Source: Candidatus Nanopelagicales bacterium
GTDB taxonomy: Bacteria; Actinomycetota; Actinomycetes; S36-B12; UBA5976
NCBI GenBank assembly: GCA_044341215.1
Contig: JBIISC010000005.1
Span: 1 to 53,063, forward strand
Direction of reading: 5' to 3'
DNA: 53,063 nucleotides
Under the pieces are notes generated by a model, which was not told where the DNA came from, ran no database searches, and was given only the letters and a program-made list of their open reading frames with translations. Each line of letters starts with the position of its first letter. Position 1 is the stretch's first letter. This document shows positions 20,818 to 29,611 of the stretch, piece by piece. The position numbers and the translations under genes were made by a program.

Positions 20818-21093
20818 GTGGAGTTTTTGGTAAAGATACAAGTATTTACACCTGAGACGATGGAAGCCGATCAACTTTTGAGTTTGATAAGTGCTGAACG
20901 AGCTCGCGGTAAGGAACTAAAGGATGCTGGAACTATTGCACGTATCTGGCGAATTCCTGGTACCAAAAACAATGTTGGAGTATGGAATGCTGCTGATGCA
21001 TCTGAACTCCATGCTGCAATTTCATCATTACCACTCTTTGCCTATATGAATGTAGAAGTCACACCACTCGCAACCCACCCACTTGAGAGCTAA
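20818..21093 (+). CDS. Muconolactone delta-isomerase family protein
   Basis: 91 aa. MEFLV, E-x-x-R-x-x-EL, IWRIPG, LPLFAYMNVEVTPLATHP is the typical CatC pattern. Confidence 0.85.
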   Translation: MEFLVKIQVFTPETMEADQLLSLISAERARGKELKDAGTIARIWRIPGTKNNVGVWNAADASELHAAISSLPLFAYMNVEVTPLATHPLES

Positions 21094-21105
21094 GAGGAGC
21101 TTGAA

Positions 21106-21888
21106 ATGAAACTCAAAGACCGCGTTGGAATTGTCACGGGAGGCGCGAAAGGACTTGGAAAAGCAATTGCCGAGGAACTTATGAAAGAAGGCGCATCGAT
21201 TGCAATTTTCGATCTCAATTTAGATGAGGCTCAGGCAACTGCTAAGGAACTTTCTAAGTTTGGTACTGCCCGCGCATATCGATGCGATGTTTCAAATTCA
21301 AAGGAAGTCGACGATGCATTCGCGCAAGTTGTGGCTGATTTTGGAAAACTAGATTTGCTGGTCAACAATGCAGGTGTTTCTTTTGTCGGACCACACATCA
21401 AAGACGTCACAGACGAAGTTTGGGCTACAAGCATTGGCGTGATGCAGACTGGAGTTTTTTACTGCATGCGGGCAGCGACTAAATACATGCTTGAGCAGCG
21501 CTCTGGTTCAGTTGTAAACATCTCATCAATTCGTGGTTACAGCTCAAACCCTGGCCGGATTGCATATTGCTCTTCAAAGGCTGCAGTAATCATGATGAGT
21601 CAAGTAGCAGCAGCTGAGTGGGCTCCTTACGGCGTTCGATGTAACTCGATCGCACCAGGTGTGCAGCGCACCCCAATGTGGGATGCAGATGTAAAGCTCG
21701 GTGTAGTTGATGAAGAGCGCGTATTGCGGGTTACTCCTGCCGGACGATTAGGCGAACCAAGCGAAGTTGGTCGTTTGGCAGTTTTCCTTTGCAGTGATGA
21801 TTCCGAATTCATAAATGGCGCATGCATCTCTATTGACGGTGGTCTAACAAGTGTTCCTATCGATGGAATTGTGACCCGACCATCATGA
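21106..21888 (+). CDS. Classical SDR oxidoreductase
   Basis: TGGAKGLG, NNAG, YCSSK and IDGG motifs. Confidence 0.9.
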   Translation: MKLKDRVGIVTGGAKGLGKAIAEELMKEGASIAIFDLNLDEAQATAKELSKFGTARAYRCDVSNSKEVDDAFAQVVADFGKLDLLVNNAGVSFVGPHIKDVTDEVWATSIGVMQTGVFYCMRAATKYMLEQRSGSVVNISSIRGYSSNPGRIAYCSSKAAVIMMSQVAAAEWAPYGVRCNSIAPGVQRTPMWDADVKLGVVDEERVLRVTPAGRLGEPSEVGRLAVFLCSDDSEFINGACISIDGGLTSVPIDGIVTRPS

Positions 21889-22958
21889 GCAGAGAAGTCA
21901 AAGTTGCGGCAATAGCCGGCGACGGAATTGGCAAGGAAGTTCTGCCGCCAAGTTTGGCATTGGTCGAAGCCGCTGCAAAAGTTTCAGACCTCTCTATCAC
22001 TTGGGATCTAATTGACTGGAGTTCAGACACCTTTTTGAAAACTGGTAAATACATTCCTGAAGGCGGTATGGAAAGACTGATGGCCTGCGACGCAATTTAT
22101 TTTGGTGCAGTCGGAGATCCTCGGGTTGCAGATCATGAATCTTTATGGGGATTACTGCTCTCGATGCGGCAAAACTTTCAGCAGAATGTAAATGTCCGAC
22201 CAATAAAGCGGCTGCCAGTACCAAGCCCATTAGCTTCACCTTTAGATTTTGACATACTGTTGGTGCGCGAAAATGTTGAAGGCGAATACACGCCAATCGG
22301 TGGACAGATGCGTTTAACAGGTGGCAATCAAGTTGCAATGCAGGTTTCAGTGTTTAGTAAATTCGCAACCGAAGCAGTTGCCCATTACGCATTCCAACAA
22401 GCACGTTTGCGTAAATCAAGTGTGTGTGCTGCCACGAAATCAAATGCGCTTGCACATTCAATGACTTTTTGGGAAGACGTGATCCGCGAAGTTGCTACCC
22501 AATACCCAGATGTGTCACTCAGGTTCTCGCACATAGATGCATTAGCAGCCGAATTTATTCTGCGTCCATGGAATCTTGATGTGGTGGTCGGGTCTAATCT
22601 CTTTGCAGACGTATTGGCAGATATTGGCGCTGCAATAATGGGAAGTATTGGCGTTGCTGCTTCTGGAAATATCAATCCCGAGCGTTCCATGCCTTCGCTT
22701 TTTGAACCAGTACATGGTTCAGCGCCAGACATCGTTAATCGTGGAATCGCAAATCCAACTGGTCAGCTTCTAACAGCAGCAATGATGTTAGATCACTTAG
22801 GTGCACCGGAAGGCGCAGAATTGTTGCGAAGTTCCGTTGTGCAGACTCTTGCCAATCCGAAATTTCATACTGGGGATGTTGGAGGCACTGCAACAACATC
22901 AGAAGTTTTTGCTGAAGTTGCCCGGCGCATGGCTCCCTTAACGGTTTCTTCTGTTTGA
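21885..22958 (+). CDS. Tartrate dehydrogenase/decarboxylase-like beta-decarboxylating dehydrogenase
   Basis: GDGIGKEV, SLWGLL, RENVEGEY, ATKSN, NLFADVLAD and FEPVHGSAPDI motifs. Confidence 0.85.
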   Translation: MSREVKVAAIAGDGIGKEVLPPSLALVEAAAKVSDLSITWDLIDWSSDTFLKTGKYIPEGGMERLMACDAIYFGAVGDPRVADHESLWGLLLSMRQNFQQNVNVRPIKRLPVPSPLASPLDFDILLVRENVEGEYTPIGGQMRLTGGNQVAMQVSVFSKFATEAVAHYAFQQARLRKSSVCAATKSNALAHSMTFWEDVIREVATQYPDVSLRFSHIDALAAEFILRPWNLDVVVGSNLFADVLADIGAAIMGSIGVAASGNINPERSMPSLFEPVHGSAPDIVNRGIANPTGQLLTAAMMLDHLGAPEGAELLRSSVVQTLANPKFHTGDVGGTATTSEVFAEVARRMAPLTVSSV

Positions 22959-22970
22959 TACGGGCCACTT

Positions 22971-23867
22971 GTGACTATATTGACATTAGGTGCTGGGGAA
23001 CTAACTGCGGAAATTAATGCTGCCAACGGTGGGGTTATTCAAAGTCTTCGTTGTGGTGGAAAAGAAATGCTTGCGCAGATGCCGTGGAAGCAGGAACCCC
23101 CAATTGCCACAGATGTTGAAGCCGAATGGCTGAAATCCTGGGCTGGAGGCTGGCAGTTACTTGTTCCGAATGCCGGATCTGCATCTTTGATTGCTAAACC
23201 TCATCAAGGATTTCATGGAAATGCTTCAGTGCAAGAATGGAAACTTGTCAGTCATACTGATACTGCTTGCATTATTGAATGGCAAGAAGCAGATCTGAAG
23301 GTCACACGTGAGATTCATGTTGAATCGCAAAAGGTCTCGGCACGAACAACTCTTACAAACCTTGGCCAAATAAAACTTCCATACATCGCAACCGAACACT
23401 GCATACTTGGTGAAACTTCATTGGCATTTCCAGCAACTTTGAGTTCGGCTAGTGGAGTCACAGTGGAAGAACTGGGCTATGACGGTGGGAAGATGGGTTC
23501 GGCTAAACAATCTTTAAGTGAAAGCGGCCTTGCTTCGATTGAAGGCACGCCAACCGCAAAACTTTATTCCTGCAGCAACGTTGATGAAAATGGTTTTCAA
23601 TTTGAGACTGCATCACACCGACTATCTATGACGTGGGATGTTGAGAGCTTGCCATATATGTGGCTCTGGCTTGAATTGAATTCAACGTTGGATGCCCCTT
23701 GGAATGGGCGAGTTAAGGCAGTTGGACTTGAGCCATCAAATGCCGATCACGGCTTAGGTCTTGACGAGTGCCTGAACAAACAAAACGCACAATACTTACC
23801 AGCCGGGCAAACGGTTGAATGGTGGATTACCCTAAACATATACGAAAAAGGAGCAAGCAATGTCTGA
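22971..23867 (+). CDS. Galactose-mutarotase-like (aldose epimerase fold) protein
   Basis: GGWQLLVPNAG, FHG, EH, PYMWLW and GLEP segments resemble the mutarotase superfamily. Confidence 0.65.
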   Translation: MTILTLGAGELTAEINAANGGVIQSLRCGGKEMLAQMPWKQEPPIATDVEAEWLKSWAGGWQLLVPNAGSASLIAKPHQGFHGNASVQEWKLVSHTDTACIIEWQEADLKVTREIHVESQKVSARTTLTNLGQIKLPYIATEHCILGETSLAFPATLSSASGVTVEELGYDGGKMGSAKQSLSESGLASIEGTPTAKLYSCSNVDENGFQFETASHRLSMTWDVESLPYMWLWLELNSTLDAPWNGRVKAVGLEPSNADHGLGLDECLNKQNAQYLPAGQTVEWWITLNIYEKGASNV

Positions 23868-24351
23868 CATCTACGCAGTGCAACACGTGGGGTTAACTGT
23901 AAGTAATTTAGAACGTTCAGTTAAGTTCTATCGAGATGTTCTTGGATGCAAGGAATTATTCACTCAGGAAAAAGCTGGTGGATACCTTGCGGCAATTGTT
24001 GGCTACCCAGATGCAAGTGTGAAGATGACTCACCTGAGCGATCCAGCTGGCCGACTAGTCATAGAGCTCTTTGAATATGTACATCCTGAAATGTTGGAGA
24101 TAAAACTTGAACCACGCCGAATAGGAAATGCTCACCTTTGTTTCTTAGTAAAAAATCTGCAAGCTGTCTATAAACGAATTAGCGATGTCCACTCAGATTT
24201 CTTTTCCGAACCAGTAATTGTTGACACCGGCGCTAACAAAGGTGGCGCTGGTCTATATCTGCGTGACCCGGATGGAATTACAATCGAACTATTCGAGCCA
24301 GCCCCTGGCACCGCAGCACATCAATTGATGGAGTCAACAAAAAATGATTAG
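23860..24351 (+). CDS. VOC (glyoxalase/bleomycin resistance/dioxygenase) family protein
   Basis: HVGLTVSNLERSVKFY, IELFEY, HLCF and RDPDGITIEL. The H/E/H/E metal ligands are present. Confidence 0.88.
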   Translation: MSDIYAVQHVGLTVSNLERSVKFYRDVLGCKELFTQEKAGGYLAAIVGYPDASVKMTHLSDPAGRLVIELFEYVHPEMLEIKLEPRRIGNAHLCFLVKNLQAVYKRISDVHSDFFSEPVIVDTGANKGGAGLYLRDPDGITIELFEPAPGTAAHQLMESTKND

Positions 24352-25084
24352 TTTTGAAGGAAAAGTTGCAGTAGTCACAGGTGGCGCAAATGGCATCGGT
24401 GCAGCAGTAGCAAAAGTACTTGCCGACAATGGCGCTTTAGTTGCAGTGTTCGATCTGGAAAGCATCAACGATTCTCGCCATAAAGCGTATGAAATTGATC
24501 TCTCAGATCAATCCGCATTGGAAATTGCGGCCAAGAAAGTTATTGCAGACCTTGGACATGTAGACATTTTGATAAACGTGGCCGGAATGTGTCCAACAAA
24601 TATGTTGTTAGATCTTGACGTTCGGCTCTATGAAAAAACTTTGGCAGTGAACTTGCTCGCGCCAATGCTTTTAATGAAGTTCTTTGGCGCAGACATGGCA
24701 AAGCGCAAAACTGGAAGAATTGTGAATGTAACCAGTATCCATGGAAAGCTAAGTGAGCCAGGTGCTGCTGCATATGACGCGAGCAAGGGTGGACTGGAAG
24801 CAGTAACTAGAACTGCAGCACTTGAACTTGCCGACTTAGGAATTCTTGTCAATGGTGTTGCTCCTGGATTTGTAAATACCCGAATGTCAGTCGTGAATGG
24901 TGTCTCAGAACTCGAATCAGAGTGGTTTAAAAACATTTACCAAGAAAATGCCCGACTACCACTAAAACGTGCATCTGAACCATCAGAAATTGCAAACGCC
25001 GTTGCCTGGCTTGCTAGCGAAGCAAATACATATGTGACTGGACAAATCCTTACTGTTGATGGCGGATTGTCTTCACGTTTTTAA
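24344..25084 (+). CDS. Classical SDR oxidoreductase
   Basis: TGGANGIG, NVAG, YDASK and VDGG motifs. Confidence 0.9.
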   Translation: MISFEGKVAVVTGGANGIGAAVAKVLADNGALVAVFDLESINDSRHKAYEIDLSDQSALEIAAKKVIADLGHVDILINVAGMCPTNMLLDLDVRLYEKTLAVNLLAPMLLMKFFGADMAKRKTGRIVNVTSIHGKLSEPGAAAYDASKGGLEAVTRTAALELADLGILVNGVAPGFVNTRMSVVNGVSELESEWFKNIYQENARLPLKRASEPSEIANAVAWLASEANTYVTGQILTVDGGLSSRF

Positions 25085-26092
25085 CTATTTTTTAGGTGCT
25101 GCGCAGCTTTCGCCAATAGCAAAACTTGTCGGAAGAATTATGGTTCTAGGTTCCGCGCCATTGATCTGCTCTAGTAAAAGTTCGGCAGCTTTTTCGCCAA
25201 CATTCATTGCATCTCGTGTCACCCGAGCAAGTGGTGGGTCAATGAATTCCGCCAGTGGCAAGTCATCGCAAGTAACAAGTGAAACATCTGTTGGAACTTT
25301 TAGTTTCAATTCCCGCAATGCGCGCAATACGCCAACCAAAATTTGATTGCCGCCAACGAAAATTGCTGTGGGCGGGTTCGGTTCGCGCATAATCTTCAAC
25401 GTTGTGTCATAACCGTGAATTTCTGAGTATCCACCCGGAATTAGTGTGACTTTTACATCAGGGTTGGATTTAGCTGCTGCCTTGAGAGCAAGTGCACGTT
25501 CGCGCGAAGGTCGCACGCGCGGCGCACCACTGATCAAAACAATCCGTCTATGTCCGAGATTAATCAGGTGTTGTGCTGCCGGCATCACACCACTTGCGTG
25601 ATCGTGAAGTACTGCGCCAGCTGGAATGTCGGCAGGTAACTCTCTATCAATCAAAACAATTGGTTTTTTGTAAGCACGTAACATTTCAAGAGTTCTAGGA
25701 TTTTCTTCATCAGTAATCGAAAGGATAAGTCCGTCCACCCGTCGGGACGCGAAGTGTTTTATGTAATCGGCATCGAGTTCAGGGTTTCCTTGGCTGTTGC
25801 TGATTAGTAGTGAATAGCCAGACTTACTTAGTTCGTTTTCTGCTCCAACAGAGTTAGTTGCAATTACTGGATTTGAAACGTTGATCGCAACAAAGCCAAT
25901 TGATTGGGTAGCGCCGGTGCGCATACTCATAGCTAGTAAATCTCGTTCATATCCCAAAGCTGCTACAGCGTCCAGAACACGGTTACGCATAACTTCGCTT
26001 ACATCCGGCGAATCGGTGAGAACTCGAGATACCGAGGAAATGGCAACGCCAGCCCTTTTGGCCACCTCGCGCATACCCACTTTTTCGTTCAT
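25085..26092 (-). CDS. LacI-family transcriptional regulator
   Basis: N-terminal HTH MREVAKRAGVAISSVSRVL, periplasmic-binding-like effector domain, C-terminal ESC. Confidence 0.95.
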   Translation of the reverse strand: MNEKVGMREVAKRAGVAISSVSRVLTDSPDVSEVMRNRVLDAVAALGYERDLLAMSMRTGATQSIGFVAINVSNPVIATNSVGAENELSKSGYSLLISNSQGNPELDADYIKHFASRRVDGLILSITDEENPRTLEMLRAYKKPIVLIDRELPADIPAGAVLHDHASGVMPAAQHLINLGHRRIVLISGAPRVRPSRERALALKAAAKSNPDVKVTLIPGGYSEIHGYDTTLKIMREPNPPTAIFVGGNQILVGVLRALRELKLKVPTDVSLVTCDDLPLAEFIDPPLARVTRDAMNVGEKAAELLLEQINGAEPRTIILPTSFAIGESCAAPKK

Positions 26093-26126
26093 AAAACCTC
26101 ACAAGTTCTGGGCTAAGTGTATTTAC

Positions 26127-26140
26127 TGGGAGCGTTTCCA
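26127..26140. promoter_or_regulatory. LacI-type operator O3 (TGGGAGCGTTTCCA)
   Basis: Same palindrome family, located in the divergent lacI/lactonase intergenic region. Confidence 0.7.
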
Positions 26141-26203
26141 AAAGCCCTTACAAGAGGCATAATGGGGCTATTAGCGCTCATTTGAGACCCAGATAGGTGG
26201 ACC

Positions 26204-27016
26204 ATGGCATCAACGCCTGAAATCGTTCTCAGTGGCTTTGCCTTCCCCGAATCCCTGAGATGGCATAACCAGCAACTTTGGTTCAGCGACGTGTTAACTG
26301 GAGAAGTCCATCGCTCATCCTTAAATGGAAATACCGAGATTGTGACTCATATTTCACCAACAGTTTCTGGCTTGGGATGGTTGCCATCTGGTGAGTTATT
26401 GGTTGTCGACTGCGAAGCCCAGCAACTCTTGAGAATCTCACCAACCGGTGAAAAACATTTACATGCTGATCTTTCTTCCCACTGGAAATTCCCCGCGAAT
26501 GACATGTTGGTAGACGATGATGGTACGGCTTGGGTTGGTAGTTATGGATTTAATCCCGAAACTGATGCGCCGGTCCCTTCTTCGATGTTAAAAGTTTCAA
26601 ACACTGGCGAAGTAATTGGTGAAGTGCCTGATCTGGTTTTCCCAAATGGAGCTGGACGAATTGATGCAAACCACTTCATTGTGTCGGAAACTTTTGCTGG
26701 TCGTTTAGCGATTGTAAATACTGAAGGAAAACCGAAAGTAATTCGAAGGATTGAATTACCAGACGGAAGTACACCGGATGGGTTAGCAGTCAAAGACGAT
26801 GGAAGTGTGTGGGTGGCCTTGGCTTATTCGGAATGTGTAGTTCGAATAGATTTAGAAACTGGCAAATCCGAACGAGCTATCGAACTTCCAGGAATTGGGG
26901 TTTATGACTGCACGTTTATCGATTCCAACACTTTGCTAATCGCAACTAGCGACAAAGATGAATCACATGTTGTTGAAGATAGACCTGGAAAGATTCTTAA
27001 GGTAAACCTCGGCTAA
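26204..27016 (+). CDS. SMP-30/gluconolactonase family protein
   Basis: FPESLRWH...LWFSD, ANDM, FPNG and PDGL metal-binding motifs. Confidence 0.88.
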   Translation: MASTPEIVLSGFAFPESLRWHNQQLWFSDVLTGEVHRSSLNGNTEIVTHISPTVSGLGWLPSGELLVVDCEAQQLLRISPTGEKHLHADLSSHWKFPANDMLVDDDGTAWVGSYGFNPETDAPVPSSMLKVSNTGEVIGEVPDLVFPNGAGRIDANHFIVSETFAGRLAIVNTEGKPKVIRRIELPDGSTPDGLAVKDDGSVWVALAYSECVVRIDLETGKSERAIELPGIGVYDCTFIDSNTLLIATSDKDESHVVEDRPGKILKVNLG

Positions 27017-27024
27017 GCAAGCTA

Positions 27025-27699
27025 TCAGATATTAAAGTTTGAAACCACTACTTCTGCTATACCTATTCCGGCGAGAAGCGATGCCATAGCAATACTTTTC
27101 TTGCGTCCAATTACTTGTGGTAACCCCATTACATCTTGGCCAATATCCGATTCCATATCTTTGAGCACGTTTAAGAAATGAAACGCTGAAGCAAAAAGGA
27201 TGAAAGCTAAGACAATCCAAGTCGGTGGATAGCTCCCAGCAGCAATATAGATGGCCCATGGCAGCGCCCCAAATGAAACAACATATGGCAACACCGAAAG
27301 TATTGTTGCCTTCAGTTTCACGTTGTATGCGGTTGCACTTAATAAACCAATAAAGTGAATTGCACTTCCGTTAAGACCCAACGGACTCAAGAATGAAACG
27401 ATTAATGCACTTAACAAAGCAATGAGAATAGATATCCTCAAAGTCTTTGTGTCAATAGTGCCTGCAACAAGTGGTTTCTTATTCCTCAGGGCCTCACTAT
27501 CTTTCGCGAAATCCAAGAAGTCGTTTGTCCAGCCAACAACGAACTGGCCCAGAAGGATGGCAAACGAAATAAACAATGCATCACTAAATGAAACCTGAGT
27601 AATCGACAATATAAATGTGATTGCTACAACCAGCACCGTAGGCCCAAAGTGTGAAGCTTTCATCAACCCGACAAACTGCGCTCGAATTGTGTGACTCAT
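27025..27699 (-). CDS. UbiA-family prenyltransferase
   Basis: ASHFGPT, GWTNDFLDFAKD...KPLVAG and HFLNVLKDMESD motifs. Start set by leaderless TATTAT-N6-ATG at 27699. Confidence 0.75.
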   Translation of the reverse strand: MSHTIRAQFVGLMKASHFGPTVLVVAITFILSITQVSFSDALFISFAILLGQFVVGWTNDFLDFAKDSEALRNKKPLVAGTIDTKTLRISILIALLSALIVSFLSPLGLNGSAIHFIGLLSATAYNVKLKATILSVLPYVVSFGALPWAIYIAAGSYPPTWIVLAFILFASAFHFLNVLKDMESDIGQDVMGLPQVIGRKKSIAMASLLAGIGIAEVVVSNFNI

Positions 27700-27776
27700 G
27701 TGCTCATAATAGGAATAGGACTTATCGCTAATCACTAACTCACCTAAATATTGATATATGCCTTTACCCTTACCTC

Positions 27777-28379
27777 ATGAAACCAATCGGCAAACCTGCG
27801 GCAATAGTTGCTGTAATCGGACCAATTCAATCTGTGCTTGGATGGGTAATCGCTGGCTCTTTATGGGCAGGTTATGACCCCGTGTATCAAACAATCAGTG
27901 ATCTTGCTGCAGATGAGTCACCGGTCAAATTGATTATGTCCTCATTCTTTATTCTTGGTGGCACTCTGTCTTTGATTGGTGCGGTTTATGCAAGAACCCT
28001 TGCAATGCCAGGCCGGGTTGCACTCTTCGCTTCAGGCATCTGCACATATGGGTTAACGATCTTCCCAACACCTTTAGTTGGCCATTCAGATATGCATCGG
28101 TTGTTTGCAATTACCTCATTTGTGCTTTCCGCAGGATGGCCACTGCTGGCAATGCGTCGCGACAAGTCCGCGCCATTCATCATCCGACCAATTGCATCAC
28201 TTGTGGGCACGGCTGCTCAAGCGACATTGGCTTTGTGGTTTCTTATGGTTTGGGCAGACACCACAACGACAAATATTGGCGTCTGGGAACGGGTGGTAAC
28301 CACATCCCAATCGCTGTACGTTTCAGTCGTAGTGCTTACTATTTATTTGGGACAGCAAAAACGAAAAATTAATTCATAA
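27777..28379 (+). CDS. DUF998 family membrane protein
   Basis: GYDPVYQTISDL, a conserved His and GVWER. Five TM segments. Confidence 0.75.
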   Translation: MKPIGKPAAIVAVIGPIQSVLGWVIAGSLWAGYDPVYQTISDLAADESPVKLIMSSFFILGGTLSLIGAVYARTLAMPGRVALFASGICTYGLTIFPTPLVGHSDMHRLFAITSFVLSAGWPLLAMRRDKSAPFIIRPIASLVGTAAQATLALWFLMVWADTTTTNIGVWERVVTTSQSLYVSVVVLTIYLGQQKRKINS

Positions 28380-28388
28380 CAAGTACTT

Positions 28389-28464
<76 letters not shown>

Positions 28465-28491
28465 GAGAGGACGGAGAATAGCAGGGAGTCT

Positions 28492-28525
28492 AAAAAGTAA
28501 AGCGGCACATCTCTGTACCGCTTTA
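28492..28525 (-). terminator. Intrinsic terminator-like hairpin after tRNA-His
   Basis: TAAAGCGG / CCGCTTTA arms followed by a T-run on the minus strand. Confidence 0.55.
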
Positions 28526-28526
28526 G

Positions 28527-28603
28527 TGGGGTGAGTGACGGGACTTGAACCCGCGACATCCTGGACCACAACCAGGTGTTCTACCAGCTGAACTACACCC
28601 ACC
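28527..28603 (-). tRNA. tRNA-His (GTG)
   Basis: Reverse complement GGTGGGTGTAGTTCAGCTGGTAGAACACCTGGTTGTGGTCCAGGATGTCGCGGGTTCAAGTCCCGTCACTCACCCCA, with G-1 and CCA encoded. Confidence 0.97.
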
Positions 28604-28669
28604 ATGCAACTCTTAAGAGCAGCGGGCGGAAGTGTAACGGGTGAGAAAAGATGCTAAAAAATGGTGGCT

Positions 28670-29281
28670 TTATTCGAGCTTTTGTGAACCTAGATCTGCG
28701 GCTATTGCCTTAGCGGTTTTCATGTCCGGGCCATCACCTTCGACGAATACTGCTTTTCGATAGTAATTCAATTCTCGGATTGAGTCTGCAATGTCAGCCA
28801 ATGCCCGGTGATTGCCTTCTTTAGTTGGGGAAACATAGTAAGCACGCGGATACCAGCGGCGAGCAAGTTCTTTAACACTTGAAACATCGACTAACCGGTA
28901 GTGCAAGTAACTGTCGAGAGTCGGCATATGTTTGTTTAAAAACATGCGATCAACATAAATAGACGAACCAGCAAGTGGTGCTTTTTTCGGCTCGGCAATA
29001 TGTTGTTTGATATATGTGAGGATAAGTTGTTCGGCATCTTCTGTTGAAATTCCATTTGGGATTTCAGGCAACAATGCGGACTTGGTGTGCATGTCGATAA
29101 CGACTTGATCCATGAGGGCCAGCTGAGAATCTGTTGCCACAACTACATAGCTCACACCTTCATCAAGGGGGACTAGGTTGGCATCGGTAACTACGCAAGC
29201 AATCTCAACGATTACGTGTTGTTGGGGATCCAAACCTGTCATTTCAAGGTCGATCCATACTAGTTTTTCAGCGTCAGCCAC
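28670..29281 (-). CDS. orn: Oligoribonuclease
   Basis: LVWIDLEMTGL, MHTKS, LHYRLVDVSSVKEL and HRALADI motifs. Confidence 0.97.
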   Translation of the reverse strand: MADAEKLVWIDLEMTGLDPQQHVIVEIACVVTDANLVPLDEGVSYVVVATDSQLALMDQVVIDMHTKSALLPEIPNGISTEDAEQLILTYIKQHIAEPKKAPLAGSSIYVDRMFLNKHMPTLDSYLHYRLVDVSSVKELARRWYPRAYYVSPTKEGNHRALADIADSIRELNYYRKAVFVEGDGPDMKTAKAIAADLGSQKLE

Positions 29282-29326
29282 GCATGAAGCCTAGTTGGGG
29301 CATCTGATAAGGCTTAGGCTGAACCC

Positions 29327-29611
29327 ATGGAATCTCTCGCACTGCTCGTAGCCGTCATGGTTTTGGTGGTTTTTTCCAGCGTGTTTGTCGCATTGGCCTT
29401 ATCTTTTGCTGACAGCAAATTGGCTAGAGGATTTATCTATACCTTTGTTTCACTATCAAGTGGAGTAATCATTTGGATGGCTTTAGCCGTTAATTCGCTT
29501 GGCACCTGGGTGATGGCGCTGATAATAGTTGGACTTGGATCAGTTGCTATTTGGAATTCAAACCGGGTCAAACGCAACAACGAAGAAATTAAGCGTCTTA
29601 CCAGCGAATAA
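29327..29611 (+). CDS. Small three-TM hypothetical membrane protein
   Basis: Hydrophobic 94-aa ORF with leaderless TAGGCT-N6-ATG. Confidence 0.7.
   Translation: MESLALLVAVMVLVVFSSVFVALALSFADSKLARGFIYTFVSLSSGVIIWMALAVNSLGTWVMALIIVGLGSVAIWNSNRVKRNNEEIKRLTSE

Noticed and set aside
16438-21093. Beta-ketoadipate (catBC) aromatic degradation cluster
   Set aside because: The enolase has MR-subgroup His/Asp features rather than the second Lys of muconate cycloisomerases. There is no catA or catD, and the context is a sugar ABC importer with LacI.
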